From IMG/VR virus record IMGVR_UViG_3300046092_000062, positions 186,001 to 250,000 of that record: a stretch of 64,000 nucleotides of DNA, one strand, 5' to 3'. Both the position numbers and the translations under genes were made by a program. Shown in pieces: positions 44,192 to 53,838 of this stretch (within the stretch, counting starts at the first letter, position 1; every line of letters begins with the position of its first letter). The notes under the pieces are model-generated. The model saw nothing but the letters and a program-made list of their open reading frames with translations. It was not told the DNA's origin and did no database searches.

Positions 44192-44361
44192 ATGTTAGCT
44201 ATACAAATCATCGTTACTTTTGGCGTCATCTTTGTTGCAGGTATGCACTATGCAATGTGGGACAATTTTCAGGAGCGCAAAAGTGTATACTTTTGTTTAG
44301 GTTTAACTGTAATTGGGTTTTGGAACTTGATCAGCCTTGTTGGCTATGTTGCAAAGCACAG

Positions 44362-44400
44362 TTGACCCATAATGATTTTGGTGCTATAATATACACATAG
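44362..44400 (+). promoter_or_regulatory. early promoter
   Basis: TTGACC-17-TATAAT; 34 nt identical to 9368-9401. Confidence 0.85.
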
Positions 44401-44420
44401 CAGCAAAGTAAGGAAGCATA

Positions 44421-45158
44421 ATGAGTCAAGTTCTTGTTTGGAAAAGTGATGCAGATGGCAAGTTGTTTGAAGACAAGGCCAAGTACACCACTCACCTACG
44501 TAAACTTGGTGCTGCACGAGCACAGGTGCGCCGCTTAGAAAAACGTGCTGCCGAACGCGAAGTGTTCCTGGACACAATGGGACAGGTTGGATCCTTTGAT
44601 GAGCTGCAACAGTTTATCGTTGATCATTGGAGCTTCTTCCGTGACAACATGATCCAGCATAATAGCTGGCGCAAACGTAACCAATATCCCAAGAAGGCTG
44701 ATCAGCTAATTGGATTAACGCTGTCTGGCTTGCACTTTGTCCGGGATCTAAGCAATAGCCACTCTTGCCCACGCAAAGGTGTTACTAACTTTGATCGTCG
44801 TGGTGATCACAATAAAGGCAAGCCCACTGGTTATTCAGGCTGGCGCGGTCGTATCACTTACAGCGTAACAAGTTCAAGTAGCTTTGGTAGTGACTACTTC
44901 AATGGCACTCCTATCTGTACTGGATCGGGCGGTGGCGGAGACGAACGCCTTAGCTACGATTTGAGCTTGTGGGCAGCAGACTTTCCAGTAATGTGGGAAG
45001 AACAGGCCAAACAGCTCTGGATTCAGAAGGAAAATCAAGACCGTGCATTTGCTTGGCGTCAACTTGGTGGGGCACCCGCTGGTTTGGTTGAAGTCACTGA
45101 AGTACCAGCAGACTGGGTGTTGCCTGATCCTTTAGCAGCAACATCGTACTATGCTTGA
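44421..45158 (+). CDS. hypothetical protein
   Basis: 245-aa ORF with AAGGA SD. Confidence 0.8.
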   Translation: MSQVLVWKSDADGKLFEDKAKYTTHLRKLGAARAQVRRLEKRAAEREVFLDTMGQVGSFDELQQFIVDHWSFFRDNMIQHNSWRKRNQYPKKADQLIGLTLSGLHFVRDLSNSHSCPRKGVTNFDRRGDHNKGKPTGYSGWRGRITYSVTSSSSFGSDYFNGTPICTGSGGGGDERLSYDLSLWAADFPVMWEEQAKQLWIQKENQDRAFAWRQLGGAPAGLVEVTEVPADWVLPDPLAATSYYA

Positions 45159-45375
45159 TGTTGGCTTAAAGCACTTTTTCATGCACTTACCATGTGGCGG
45201 TATAGCAGAATTTGATCACAGCTCGGGTTGTGCTCATCGCTGCACCGAGTGCCTAGCGGTAGTGGGAAGTGTGGGCATGCCACGTGAATGCAAAGAGCAG
45301 ATGGATATGTACGAGTCTTGGCAACAGCTCGGAGGCAAAGGTTGGAACTACATCTTAGGGCAAGCATATGAATGA
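45151..45375 (+). CDS. Cys-rich (Zn-finger-like) protein
   Basis: LPCGG...RCTECLAVVGS. Confidence 0.65.
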   Translation: MLDVGLKHFFMHLPCGGIAEFDHSSGCAHRCTECLAVVGSVGMPRECKEQMDMYESWQQLGGKGWNYILGQAYE

Positions 45376-45571
45376 AGCAGAGAACACTATGCGAGCATTA
45401 AAGGACGAACCTTTGCTGGCTACCAGCTTCTTGTGCCGATTAGGCTGGCACAACTGGACCAAGTACGGTGAACCAAAAGCCCGCAAAGAAGGTGTATGGA
45501 CTATTGACTACCAAGCCAGACATTACGGTAACTGTAATGTACTGAACATAAAGCAATTACGGAGGTACTAA
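45368..45571 (+). CDS. hypothetical protein
   Basis: LC..GWH.W pattern. Confidence 0.6.
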   Translation: MNEAENTMRALKDEPLLATSFLCRLGWHNWTKYGEPKARKEGVWTIDYQARHYGNCNVLNIKQLRRY

Positions 45572-45883
45572 TGACTAACCGTATCAAGAATGAAAAATTG
45601 CGCCTAGTAGTTGAAATCATTTGTGCTATACCATTCATTCCCTTCTTTCTATTTTTGATCGTGTGGTTAAACTGGTTAGGCCCATGGTATGAACGAGTAA
45701 CTGGTAAAGAAATGTGGAATCCAAAATGAAAACATATCAAGTATATTATCTGGTTAGTGTAGAGGGCATTGAGGCCGGACCTTTCCCTACAGTGGATGCA
45801 GCCGTGCATGGCAAGAGCAAGTTCATTCCACCATTTCAAAGTTTGCTCTCTATAGTTAAGAGCACAATTCAAGCGGAGCCATT

Positions 45884-46126
45884 ATGAATCCCATTACTGA
45901 TGTCATTGGTCAAGAGATCAAAGCAGATGACTTTGTGGTCTTCTACAGCAATATCTACAAAGTCAAATCTGTAGGCACTACCAAGTATGAAAACGGTAGC
46001 GGCATGGTACGGATGAAGATCGTGGATAATCCCGATGCAAAGACCGTGCATAAACACAGCAAGGACATTGCTAAACTGGATCAACAACAAGTGCTGGTGT
46101 GGATGTTAAAGAAGGGTTACAAGTGA
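45884..46126 (+). CDS. hypothetical protein (KOW/SH3-like)
   Basis: D..G.EI...D.V pattern also seen at 48254. Confidence 0.65.
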   Translation: MNPITDVIGQEIKADDFVVFYSNIYKVKSVGTTKYENGSGMVRMKIVDNPDAKTVHKHSKDIAKLDQQQVLVWMLKKGYK

Positions 46127-46389
46127 AACTCTGTTACGAAGGTTGGGCAATGAAGGACGGTAATAGCAGCGGGCGTTGTTGCTGCAACTGCGAATATCAA
46201 TTTGAAGTTATGCGACATCCGTGGAACATTATGAGTGGTGGTCGCATGAAAGGTCCTGTTTCGCAAAACGCAGGGTGGGGTTGCTATGCAATGGGCGCAG
46301 AAATTGGTGAGAAGAAGGTTACCTTCATGGAAGACGAACATAGTGTGTGCGAAATGCACACCTGGAAAACAATTAAGGAAAACAAATGA
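46123..46389 (+). CDS. Cys-rich hypothetical protein
   Basis: CCCNC...CEMH. Confidence 0.65.
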   Translation: MKLCYEGWAMKDGNSSGRCCCNCEYQFEVMRHPWNIMSGGRMKGPVSQNAGWGCYAMGAEIGEKKVTFMEDEHSVCEMHTWKTIKENK

Positions 46390-46880
46390 ACATTTATTTA
46401 GATATGGACGATGTGGTTTGCGATTGGAAAGTCCACGCACAAAACATTCTTGGCATGACATGGGACGACACCATTGGTGAACGTATTCCGCAAAAGGACT
46501 GGGATCGTCTTAAAGATGACGAACGCTTTTACTTGAACTTGCCCTTGAAGCCAGGCGCACATGACTTGGTTGCATACTGTCAAGCACTTACACAAGAGAC
46601 TGGCGGAACACTGCGATTCTTGTCAGCTCTGCCACATGACTACAGTGTGCCCTTTGCTGCACAGGATAAAGTATGGTGGGCAGACAAGCACTTTCCCGGC
46701 ATCCCTGTGTTCCTGGGCCCTTTTAGCCATGACAAGTATCGTTATGTTAAAAACCCAACTGACATCTTAATTGATGATCGTCACAGTAATTGCAGCGAGT
46801 GGATTGCAGCAGGCGGCATTGCCCATGTGTATACAACTTGGGAAAAGTGCGAAGCTTGGTTCAAGGAGTTGCAAGCATGA
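46386..46880 (+). CDS. HAD-family 5'(3')-deoxyribonucleotidase-like protein
   Basis: IYLDMDDV, LSA, K..W, ILIDDR, EW..AGG. Confidence 0.85.
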   Translation: MNIYLDMDDVVCDWKVHAQNILGMTWDDTIGERIPQKDWDRLKDDERFYLNLPLKPGAHDLVAYCQALTQETGGTLRFLSALPHDYSVPFAAQDKVWWADKHFPGIPVFLGPFSHDKYRYVKNPTDILIDDRHSNCSEWIAAGGIAHVYTTWEKCEAWFKELQA

Positions 46881-47038
46881 AAGATATCGAGATTGAACAG
46901 TACTGTGATGGATGGACAGTAAACGTAGATGGCAAACGGTTCAGTTGGTCCCATAATGACGAAGATATGGGCACAGAAGGTATCAAAAAACTATTGGAAC
47001 ATCTTGGCCATAAAGTCACAGTCGAGGAGTGTTATTAA
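46877..47038 (+). CDS. small hypothetical protein
   Basis: ATG 46877 coupled to previous stop. Confidence 0.6.
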   Translation: MKDIEIEQYCDGWTVNVDGKRFSWSHNDEDMGTEGIKKLLEHLGHKVTVEECY

Positions 47039-47265
47039 TGAACGAACGAATCAAACAACTTGCTGAACAGGCTTTACAACTTGTAGCAGATGAACACACC
47101 AATGGTGACGAATCTAGACTCAATACAGATTCATATCATGTAAAAGATTTGATTCAGGAAAAGTTCGCTGAGTTGATTGTTCGGGAATGTGCTAGTCATT
47201 TGAATTGGGTCGGTGATGATGCTGCTGGTATTGAGTTGTTAGAACATTTCGGAGTTGAAGAATGA
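47038..47265 (+). CDS. FGVE-family small protein
   Basis: MNERIKQLA...EKFAELIVREC...LEHFGVEE. Confidence 0.8.
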   Translation: MNERIKQLAEQALQLVADEHTNGDESRLNTDSYHVKDLIQEKFAELIVRECASHLNWVGDDAAGIELLEHFGVEE

Positions 47266-47555
47266 TTAGTTTTAGTTTTAATTTGCGTAACCCGTTTAGT
47301 GATCGTTGGGACAATATCTACAATCGCAGCGCCGTAGTTGACCGGTTGCACAAGGCTGTGGAGTTTGAAGTCTATCGTGACACAACGATTATCAGCTTTG
47401 CATTCCGTTGGAACATTAGACAAGACCATGCTGGCATGAACTTGGAACTTGGCTTGTTGGGTTACACTGTATCAGCACAGTATTACGACACACGCCACTG
47501 GAATGACGAAGCAGGTCGTTTCAACATCTACGACAGTGCAGGTAACGCATCATGA
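47262..47555 (+). CDS. hypothetical protein
   Basis: ATGA coupled. Confidence 0.7.
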   Translation: MISFSFNLRNPFSDRWDNIYNRSAVVDRLHKAVEFEVYRDTTIISFAFRWNIRQDHAGMNLELGLLGYTVSAQYYDTRHWNDEAGRFNIYDSAGNAS

Positions 47556-47758
47556 GTGAAATCATTGGCTACGATCGAGTGGGCAAAGACCAGTACCAAC
47601 CCATACATCAGCCACAACAAGGTTACATCTACACCGCTGCGATGATCGCATGTTGCAAGTGTAACCAACTAATTAGTGGCATGGGCGGACCACGTCCTAA
47701 AGCTCTTTGCGTCAAGTGTGCAACAGAAGCTGGAATTCCCAATGAAGTACATAACTAA
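47552..47758 (+). CDS. Zn-finger-like small protein
   Basis: CCKC...CVKC. Confidence 0.6.
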   Translation: MSEIIGYDRVGKDQYQPIHQPQQGYIYTAAMIACCKCNQLISGMGGPRPKALCVKCATEAGIPNEVHN

Positions 47759-47958
47759 CAGATACCAAAATATCCGTTTACCTTTTGCGGAAGATATGTT
47801 ACAATGGCTGCAAGAGACATATCCGTTTTCTAATTATCACGTGGTGGAGCAATGATGGTACCAGTAAGTTACATGGTAGGTTGGATGTTGTGGACTGCAA
47901 TATGTTTTTGGTTAGTTGGGTATTTCACTGGCAAAGCAGATGCCAAAAGGAAACGTAG

Positions 47959-48252
47959 ATGAGTGAACAAACATTTTTTAAAATCCGTCATAAAAAGACA
48001 GGACGTTACAGCAAGGGCGGCGTCTATGTTAACGCAGATGGCAACAACAGCTATTGGGTCGAAAAAGGCGGCAAGACTTGGGACACCTTAGGTAAACTTC
48101 GCGCACACATTACTAGTCATATTGGCAAGTACAGTGGCGCCACAGACATGAGCGAGTGGCAAGTAATTGAATATCGTTGCGTTCCTACTGATTACAAGAT
48201 GGTACACGAAATCGTCAAGCCAGAAAAACTTATCGAGATGTTGAAAGCATAA
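47959..48252 (+). CDS. hypothetical protein
   Basis: 97-aa ORF. Confidence 0.7.
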   Translation: MSEQTFFKIRHKKTGRYSKGGVYVNADGNNSYWVEKGGKTWDTLGKLRAHITSHIGKYSGATDMSEWQVIEYRCVPTDYKMVHEIVKPEKLIEMLKA

Positions 48253-48253
48253 C

Positions 48254-48514
48254 ATGGCAACTAAAGAAATTCCAGTACACAAAGATAAACTAGGGCGTGA
48301 CATTACACTCGGTGACTGTGTTGCAGTAGCGCATCACAACGGCATGGAAGTTGCTAAGGTTGTTAAAATCAACCCCAAGATGGTTAAGGTTGAAATCCTT
48401 AACGTGGAAAAGCGCACATGGTACAGCGGCGAACACAACAAGTACGGCGTACAGATGGTAGTGATTGATAGCCAAGAAGTTACTATGTACCTGCTAAGAG
48501 GCAACAATGGCTAA
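48254..48514 (+). CDS. hypothetical protein (KOW/SH3-like)
   Basis: DKLGRDITLGDCV. Confidence 0.7.
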   Translation: MATKEIPVHKDKLGRDITLGDCVAVAHHNGMEVAKVVKINPKMVKVEILNVEKRTWYSGEHNKYGVQMVVIDSQEVTMYLLRGNNG

Positions 48515-48743
48515 TTACGCAGAATACTTTGCAGCACGTGACGCAGACCTGCTTAAGCCCAAATACAATTACGGCGATAGAGTGTTTGGTCACTGGAACA
48601 AGATCCCATTCATTGCAATGGTAGTCCGAGAAGAAAACAAGCAGGTTCTAGTACATACAGATTTGCCAATTAGATTCGAAGAAGCTAATCACAGTATCCT
48701 GCGTTTGTCGCGCACTCATGTCACACTGTTAAAGGAGATGTAG
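48507..48743 (+). CDS. hypothetical protein
   Basis: PKY.YGDRVFG.W. Confidence 0.7.
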   Translation: MANYAEYFAARDADLLKPKYNYGDRVFGHWNKIPFIAMVVREENKQVLVHTDLPIRFEEANHSILRLSRTHVTLLKEM

Positions 48744-48744
48744 C

Positions 48745-48894
48745 ATGAATTTTAGATCATGGTGCCAGGAAAAATGGTATGAGCATCAAGCAGAGCTAGA
48801 AAGCTACGGGCAAGCATTGCCATATACTGCACAGGAATATTTTGCCAAGTACAAATACTGGTTTAAACGTGAATATCAACATCAAGTAAAATGA
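48745..48894 (+). CDS. small hypothetical protein (49 aa, not in track)
   Basis: AAGGAG SD; MNFRSWCQEKWYEH... Confidence 0.6.
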   Translation: MNFRSWCQEKWYEHQAELESYGQALPYTAQEYFAKYKYWFKREYQHQVK

Positions 48895-49373
48895 CTAAGA
48901 AAATCTATTACGAAAAAGTCGGGAGCAGGTACAAGCCAGTACATGAGTACGATAGCGATCTAATGGATGCTTTTCCAAAAGGGGTACATCTTGTTATTTG
49001 CCACCCTGGCGGGGTTAGTCGTAGATACAATATCGATCCCAACTATGCTGCAATGATTGCAGCAGGACGATTAGCTGAAGATGCAATTAGCAGTGCTATT
49101 GTTGCTGCTACAGACCTGCGTATGCAAAAACAAACCCAAAGCAAGACACCGCTAACTCCTAGTCAGAAGGCAGCATGGGATAATCTAGTTGCTGAGTTTG
49201 GGGATAGTGCAAAGACATTGGAATGGCCTAGTGCCCGTGAAGCCTGTGAAGATGCAGTTAAAATCATGACCCGGGAAGCAGAGAACCTAATGCAGCATGA
49301 AAGTGTGCGTCAGGCATACGAGCACTTTCAAATGGTATGCAACCTAACGAAAGAACACAATGGCAACAGTTGA
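48891..49373 (+). CDS. hypothetical protein
   Basis: 160-aa ORF. Confidence 0.75.
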   Translation: MTKKIYYEKVGSRYKPVHEYDSDLMDAFPKGVHLVICHPGGVSRRYNIDPNYAAMIAAGRLAEDAISSAIVAATDLRMQKQTQSKTPLTPSQKAAWDNLVAEFGDSAKTLEWPSAREACEDAVKIMTREAENLMQHESVRQAYEHFQMVCNLTKEHNGNS

Positions 49374-49581
49374 AACTTATGTAGAAGTTGACGTGGACTT
49401 AACTGACTTTGATACATACGATCTAATTGAAGAATTAGAAAAGCGTGGCAAAGGCTTTGAAGTTGACAGCAATACACCATCAGAGTTAGTTACAAAGATT
49501 TACGAACTACGCCGTACTGGGCGAGATTATCAACGCGAGCTAGATGAGTTGATTTACGTGGCAATTGGTCGCATAGCTTAA
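49360..49581 (+). CDS. small acidic hypothetical protein
   Basis: VEVDVDLTDFDT.DLIEELE.RG. Confidence 0.7.
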   Translation: MATVETYVEVDVDLTDFDTYDLIEELEKRGKGFEVDSNTPSELVTKIYELRRTGRDYQRELDELIYVAIGRIA

Positions 49582-49585
49582 AAGA

Positions 49586-49625
49586 ATATGCGCCAACACT
49601 AGTTGGATGTAGTGTTAGCGCATAT
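49586..49625. terminator. bidirectional hairpin between convergent genes
   Basis: ATATGCGCCAACACTA-8 nt-TAGTGTTAGCGCATAT (15/16 paired). Confidence 0.7.
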
Positions 49626-49654
49626 AAGCGGATAAGGTTAGTAAGTAACTATAC

Positions 49655-50413
49655 TCATACCTCCTTATAGATCTTCAATATCTCGAGAACAGCAGGATGT
49701 CGCATAATATCCTTGCCTGTGAATTCCACTCCGCTGACGTATTTGCAATTACGGTAATCATCAACTAGACGTTTAAAGTCTAGTAAGCCGTTATCTGCTT
49801 CTTTACGGTCTGCTTGGCGTGTGTCACCTGTAACTACAATTTTGGAACCTTCACCGAGGCGTGTTAGCAGCATCTTCATCTGCGATGGTGTGGCGTTTTG
49901 CATTTCGTCTGCAATAATCCAACTATTTTTAAAGGTACGTCCTCTCATATATGCTAGTGGAGAGATCTCAATTTGTTTTTCTTCTAGCATTTTTGTGACT
50001 TCAATTGGTCTATAGTATTCTTCGATGTAATCTAAAATAGGTCTAGTCCATGGTGCCATTTTTGCATTAAGGTCGCCTGGTAGGAACCCGTGCTGCTCAT
50101 CATCAACTCCGACGGCTGGTCGAGTGATAACGATCTTGGAACATTCGCCAGCTCTAAATGCTTTTAGTGCCGCTAATACGGCTAGCATTGTTTTACCAGT
50201 ACCTGCTGGGCCAGTGGCGAATAGAATAATTCTTTGGGGATCTGTTAATAGATCAATGTAGTCTTCTTGTGCTAAAGACTTTGGGGAAAGGTTAATTGGT
50301 CTTTGTTTTTGGGGACGATATGTATCGATGTTAATGGTGTTATCGTTGCGATTGTTTGATTGGGTGATTGCTGGTTGAGCATTTGATGCTCGGCCTTTAC
50401 GCTGTTTAGACAA
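49655..50413 (-). CDS. phoH: PhoH family protein
   Basis: GPAGTGKT, GFLPG, PLAYMRGRTF, DEMQN, TGD..Q, RHP; likely TTG start at 50413 after AAGGAGG. Confidence 0.93.
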   Translation of the reverse strand: MSKQRKGRASNAQPAITQSNNRNDNTINIDTYRPQKQRPINLSPKSLAQEDYIDLLTDPQRIILFATGPAGTGKTMLAVLAALKAFRAGECSKIVITRPAVGVDDEQHGFLPGDLNAKMAPWTRPILDYIEEYYRPIEVTKMLEEKQIEISPLAYMRGRTFKNSWIIADEMQNATPSQMKMLLTRLGEGSKIVVTGDTRQADRKEADNGLLDFKRLVDDYRNCKYVSGVEFTGKDIMRHPAVLEILKIYKEV

Positions 50414-50547
50414 ATGTGCCTCCTTGGGGTGCGTGAATTTTTCCATTTTACTGTGGATCAGTAAAACAGTCTGTCCACGCAAATATTTACGGAGGTTGCC
50501 CCAGACCAATTAACAGGGTTTATAACTTTTGGTGACCGGCATAAGTA

Positions 50548-51087
50548 TTAAGCTGTGCGCGATACTTTCCACTCTGCATATAAGCGATTCTGCGTATCCC
50601 ATCTACATTCTACTAAGCGGCAATTAAACAAGTCTGCTAACCGCACATGCTCCTCAACACTCCATGGATAGAAATCTATGTCGTTACATTCTGTGTTACC
50701 ATGATCTTTGCGCCCAGGATTGCAACGCCAATAAATCCTAGCTTCGCTTTTAAGCAACCCAAGCACTATAGCAATTTGATCTTCGATGTTTTTCCTATCG
50801 CCAAAGTTAATTGACCCCAAACAAAACGCAACATCAAACGGTGCAGGGGTGTGGTACTCTTCTAGTGTGCATTTAACATCAGCTTGGTCAAATGCTGGAT
50901 CAATACCCACTAGATCGGGGATGTGTCCTTTAAACGGATTCATTCCGCAGCCCACATCAAGTACACGCTCACCTGGCTTAATTTTGTCCACTAAGGCCCA
51001 CCCAGTGTAAGTATATTGATCAAGAGTGCGATCGCGCTTTGCCCATACGTTGGCAAAATAGTCATTAAGGTAAGGTTGATTAATCAT
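50548..51087 (-). CDS. class I SAM-dependent methyltransferase
   Basis: RVLDVGCG motif I, GIDP, FD...LGSINF. Confidence 0.75.
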   Translation of the reverse strand: MINQPYLNDYFANVWAKRDRTLDQYTYTGWALVDKIKPGERVLDVGCGMNPFKGHIPDLVGIDPAFDQADVKCTLEEYHTPAPFDVAFCLGSINFGDRKNIEDQIAIVLGLLKSEARIYWRCNPGRKDHGNTECNDIDFYPWSVEEHVRLADLFNCRLVECRWDTQNRLYAEWKVSRTA

Positions 51088-51119
51088 ATAAAATTGTCTA
51101 CAATGTGTATTTAAATACT

Positions 51120-51695
51120 ATGCTACCAAATCGAATATTTTTTACCGGAGTGCCCGGAAGCCGCTGGAGCGGCATTGCACAATTACTAGAAACACTGCCA
51201 GAATTCAATACACAGGATCGTAATAGAGATCGGGTATTCACACATGCAAAATATGGAGGGCATTGTGGCGCATACTTCGGGCCCGGTATGGAACTCGAAG
51301 ATCGATTAGATGCTGACTACATTGACAGCGCATGGGCAAAAGAGGGTGGTACTAAGATTGTAAAGAGCCACAATTGGGCATACAAGCTGCATGACGTAAA
51401 AGCGGCATTTCCCGATGATTGGATCATGCTAGTCTACCGCCCCGATATGTCTAGTTATACTTGGTGGCACGAAGCAGGCGGATTTGATATTGAGTACCCT
51501 GACTACAGTTGGTACCGGGACAGTCCAACTATGTTACACGAGATTGGCATTCAAAATAAAAAGATACTGGAGTTTGCACACCAGCATGATGCAACCTGGA
51601 ACTACTTTAATGATGCGTGGATCAAAAATAATTTTGGTCACGAAGTACAATTAACTAAACAATGGAGCGACATACTAGTCACAATTATCAAATGA
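51120..51695 (+). CDS. hypothetical protein (P-loop/sulfotransferase-like)
   Basis: IFFTGVPGSRWS N-terminal loop; TAAATA just upstream. Confidence 0.6.
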   Translation: MLPNRIFFTGVPGSRWSGIAQLLETLPEFNTQDRNRDRVFTHAKYGGHCGAYFGPGMELEDRLDADYIDSAWAKEGGTKIVKSHNWAYKLHDVKAAFPDDWIMLVYRPDMSSYTWWHEAGGFDIEYPDYSWYRDSPTMLHEIGIQNKKILEFAHQHDATWNYFNDAWIKNNFGHEVQLTKQWSDILVTIIK

Positions 51696-52654
51696 AAAAA
51701 TTACTAATTACCCTTTTATTAATTCCCATCTTAGCATTTGCATGGGAACCCACTAAGCCAATTACGGTTATCATTGGCAACCAGCCTGGCTCGGGAAACG
51801 AAGTTGGATTCCGTGCAATCAGCGCCGTAGTTAACAAGACCAATCCCGCAGTGTTTGTCATTGAACTTAAACCGGGTGCAGACAGTGTTGTAGCTATGAA
51901 CGCTTTGTATAACGCCAAGCCCGATGGGCACACGATTGCTATCCCTAGCTACATGAGCACCTATGTAACCAATGACATTTGGCAAAAAGATATTAAACAA
52001 TTTCAATACAACAGTTTCACTACTGCATTTGGGATGGGCAAAAGCCCATTAGCTATTGTTGCTAATCCCAAGAGCAAGATTAATACGCCTGCGGAACTTG
52101 CCAAGTTAGTTAAGGAAACTGATAAACCAATTACGTTTGCTATCGGTGGCGGAGCGCATAGAATGGCTTACGAGTTCTTTATGATGAAAGCCAATGGTAA
52201 CAAAGAACAAGTTAAATTTACACAATTCCCTGGACCGTTGCAGGCAGTTACAGCAGTTGCCGGTGATGGGGGCATGGAGTTTGGCATTATGCCCATTGCG
52301 ATCGCTTTGCCATTGGTCCAAAGCGGGCATGTTAAAGTTATTGGCATCACTGGCGAAAAGCGCCTTGCTAACTTACCAGCGGCAGAGCCTATTCGAGTGG
52401 GAGGCAGTTACATTAACGTATTTGCAGCGTGGGCGCTCGCATTGCCCCCAAATACTCCTAAAGAGATTGTGGACTGGTATTCTAAGAATTTTATACCTGC
52501 ATTGCGTAGCCCGGAAATCAAGCAGTATTATGATGCTAACTTGATCTTTATTGACGACCGAGAACTAACCCCTGCAGGTTTTAACAGAAACATTGAACAT
52601 CTACGCAGCGTATTCATCCCGCTGAGCCAACAAGTCAACCTCTTAGCCAATTGA
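51692..52654 (+). CDS. Bug/TctC-family tripartite tricarboxylate transporter substrate-binding protein
   Basis: signal peptide, W.PTKPIT.I, KPGA, A.PDGHT, G.VKVIG.TG..RL..LP. Confidence 0.82.
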   Translation: MKKLLITLLLIPILAFAWEPTKPITVIIGNQPGSGNEVGFRAISAVVNKTNPAVFVIELKPGADSVVAMNALYNAKPDGHTIAIPSYMSTYVTNDIWQKDIKQFQYNSFTTAFGMGKSPLAIVANPKSKINTPAELAKLVKETDKPITFAIGGGAHRMAYEFFMMKANGNKEQVKFTQFPGPLQAVTAVAGDGGMEFGIMPIAIALPLVQSGHVKVIGITGEKRLANLPAAEPIRVGGSYINVFAAWALALPPNTPKEIVDWYSKNFIPALRSPEIKQYYDANLIFIDDRELTPAGFNRNIEHLRSVFIPLSQQVNLLAN

Positions 52655-52682
52655 CATAAATACACTAAAGCGGAATAAAACA

Positions 52683-53255
52683 ATGGCTCAGAGCATTAAA
52701 GATGTAATTAACAATACAAAAACACTGTCAATGACAGACAGTGCATTGGCTACCCTTATGGACTTTGAACGTGTAATCGACGAGTTAGACTTGTATGCGT
52801 TTAAAAACTGGAAGAACGGGGAGCTAGTAGAAGGCCCAATTTACGAAAAGTACTTTGTTACTTGCACGTTTATGTGGCCACACAAATTTATGCCTGATCC
52901 ACGTGCAGCAGAGCGCCTAGCAGAATACAACTGCGAAGTCTATTACAAGCGAGACACTCTGGAATATCCGATTAAAGTTAAAAACCCCAACGACTTTAAG
53001 CCTGGTACAAAGATGCCCAAGAAAGGCGAGAGCCCGGTTTGGTTAGTTAAGATTGTGATGCCTAAGACGCTTATGCAAGAAATCCATCAAGGTAGTTTGG
53101 AACTCGAGTCTGGTAGTATTGATATGGAAGACATTGAGCAAGCATACGAAACTGGTCAAGACGATAAGATGTACAAGACCGGCAACGCAGAACAAGTAAA
53201 TCCACAACAAGGAATGGGCAATGAACAACCAGCACCAGCAGCACCAGCAGCTTAA
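52683..53255 (+). CDS. hypothetical late-region protein
   Basis: TAAATA upstream; 190 aa. Confidence 0.75.
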   Translation: MAQSIKDVINNTKTLSMTDSALATLMDFERVIDELDLYAFKNWKNGELVEGPIYEKYFVTCTFMWPHKFMPDPRAAERLAEYNCEVYYKRDTLEYPIKVKNPNDFKPGTKMPKKGESPVWLVKIVMPKTLMQEIHQGSLELESGSIDMEDIEQAYETGQDDKMYKTGNAEQVNPQQGMGNEQPAPAAPAA

Positions 53256-53787
53256 AGAGGGTCTAGAGTACGGCGATTTAAAGCGCCTTATTCACCCCGA
53301 GTTGCACATTGACGAATACAAGAGCAAGCTAGGGCGCGACGAAGATGTTGCAGTACTAAGTTTTAAACTTGCCACAAAAGAACCAGCAGAAGACCTAGTT
53401 AGCTTTTGCGAAAAAGGCTACGAGTGGGTAATTGACGCTGATGTTAGTAGCGGCGAATTAGATGACGGCGCATACTTGGTATTTGTTGAATTAGAACGTG
53501 ACTACGATCTTCCTAAGCATGTACACAAACTGTTACAAGACATGATGAACTTGACAGAGCAGAGCATTGAAGATTGGCGTGTGCGTTACCGTTCAGACGA
53601 AACTGATCACGAAGCAACTGTTAACAGCATTGCCGACTTAGTTCCGTTATCTGCTAAATCATACAATGAGCGTTACGGCAAAGAAGACATTGATAAAATG
53701 AAGGCCGCAGCAGGAGTTGAAGTAACTACTAAAGCTCCTAAGAACGATTTCACTGAATCTCTAAGAATCGCAGCAGGAATCCGCTAA
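53221..53787 (+). CDS. hypothetical late-region protein
   Basis: acidic 188 aa. Confidence 0.75.
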   Translation: MNNQHQQHQQLKEGLEYGDLKRLIHPELHIDEYKSKLGRDEDVAVLSFKLATKEPAEDLVSFCEKGYEWVIDADVSSGELDDGAYLVFVELERDYDLPKHVHKLLQDMMNLTEQSIEDWRVRYRSDETDHEATVNSIADLVPLSAKSYNERYGKEDIDKMKAAAGVEVTTKAPKNDFTESLRIAAGIR

Positions 53788-53838
53788 CCTATTTTGGCTC
53801 CTACTAGCTAAATACTGTAGCTATTTAGGAGCTTTTCA

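Noticed and set aside
50414-50509. N-terminal extension of PhoH given in the track
   Set aside because: A strong AAGGAGG SD precedes TTG at 50413; the upstream 32 codons look non-coding.
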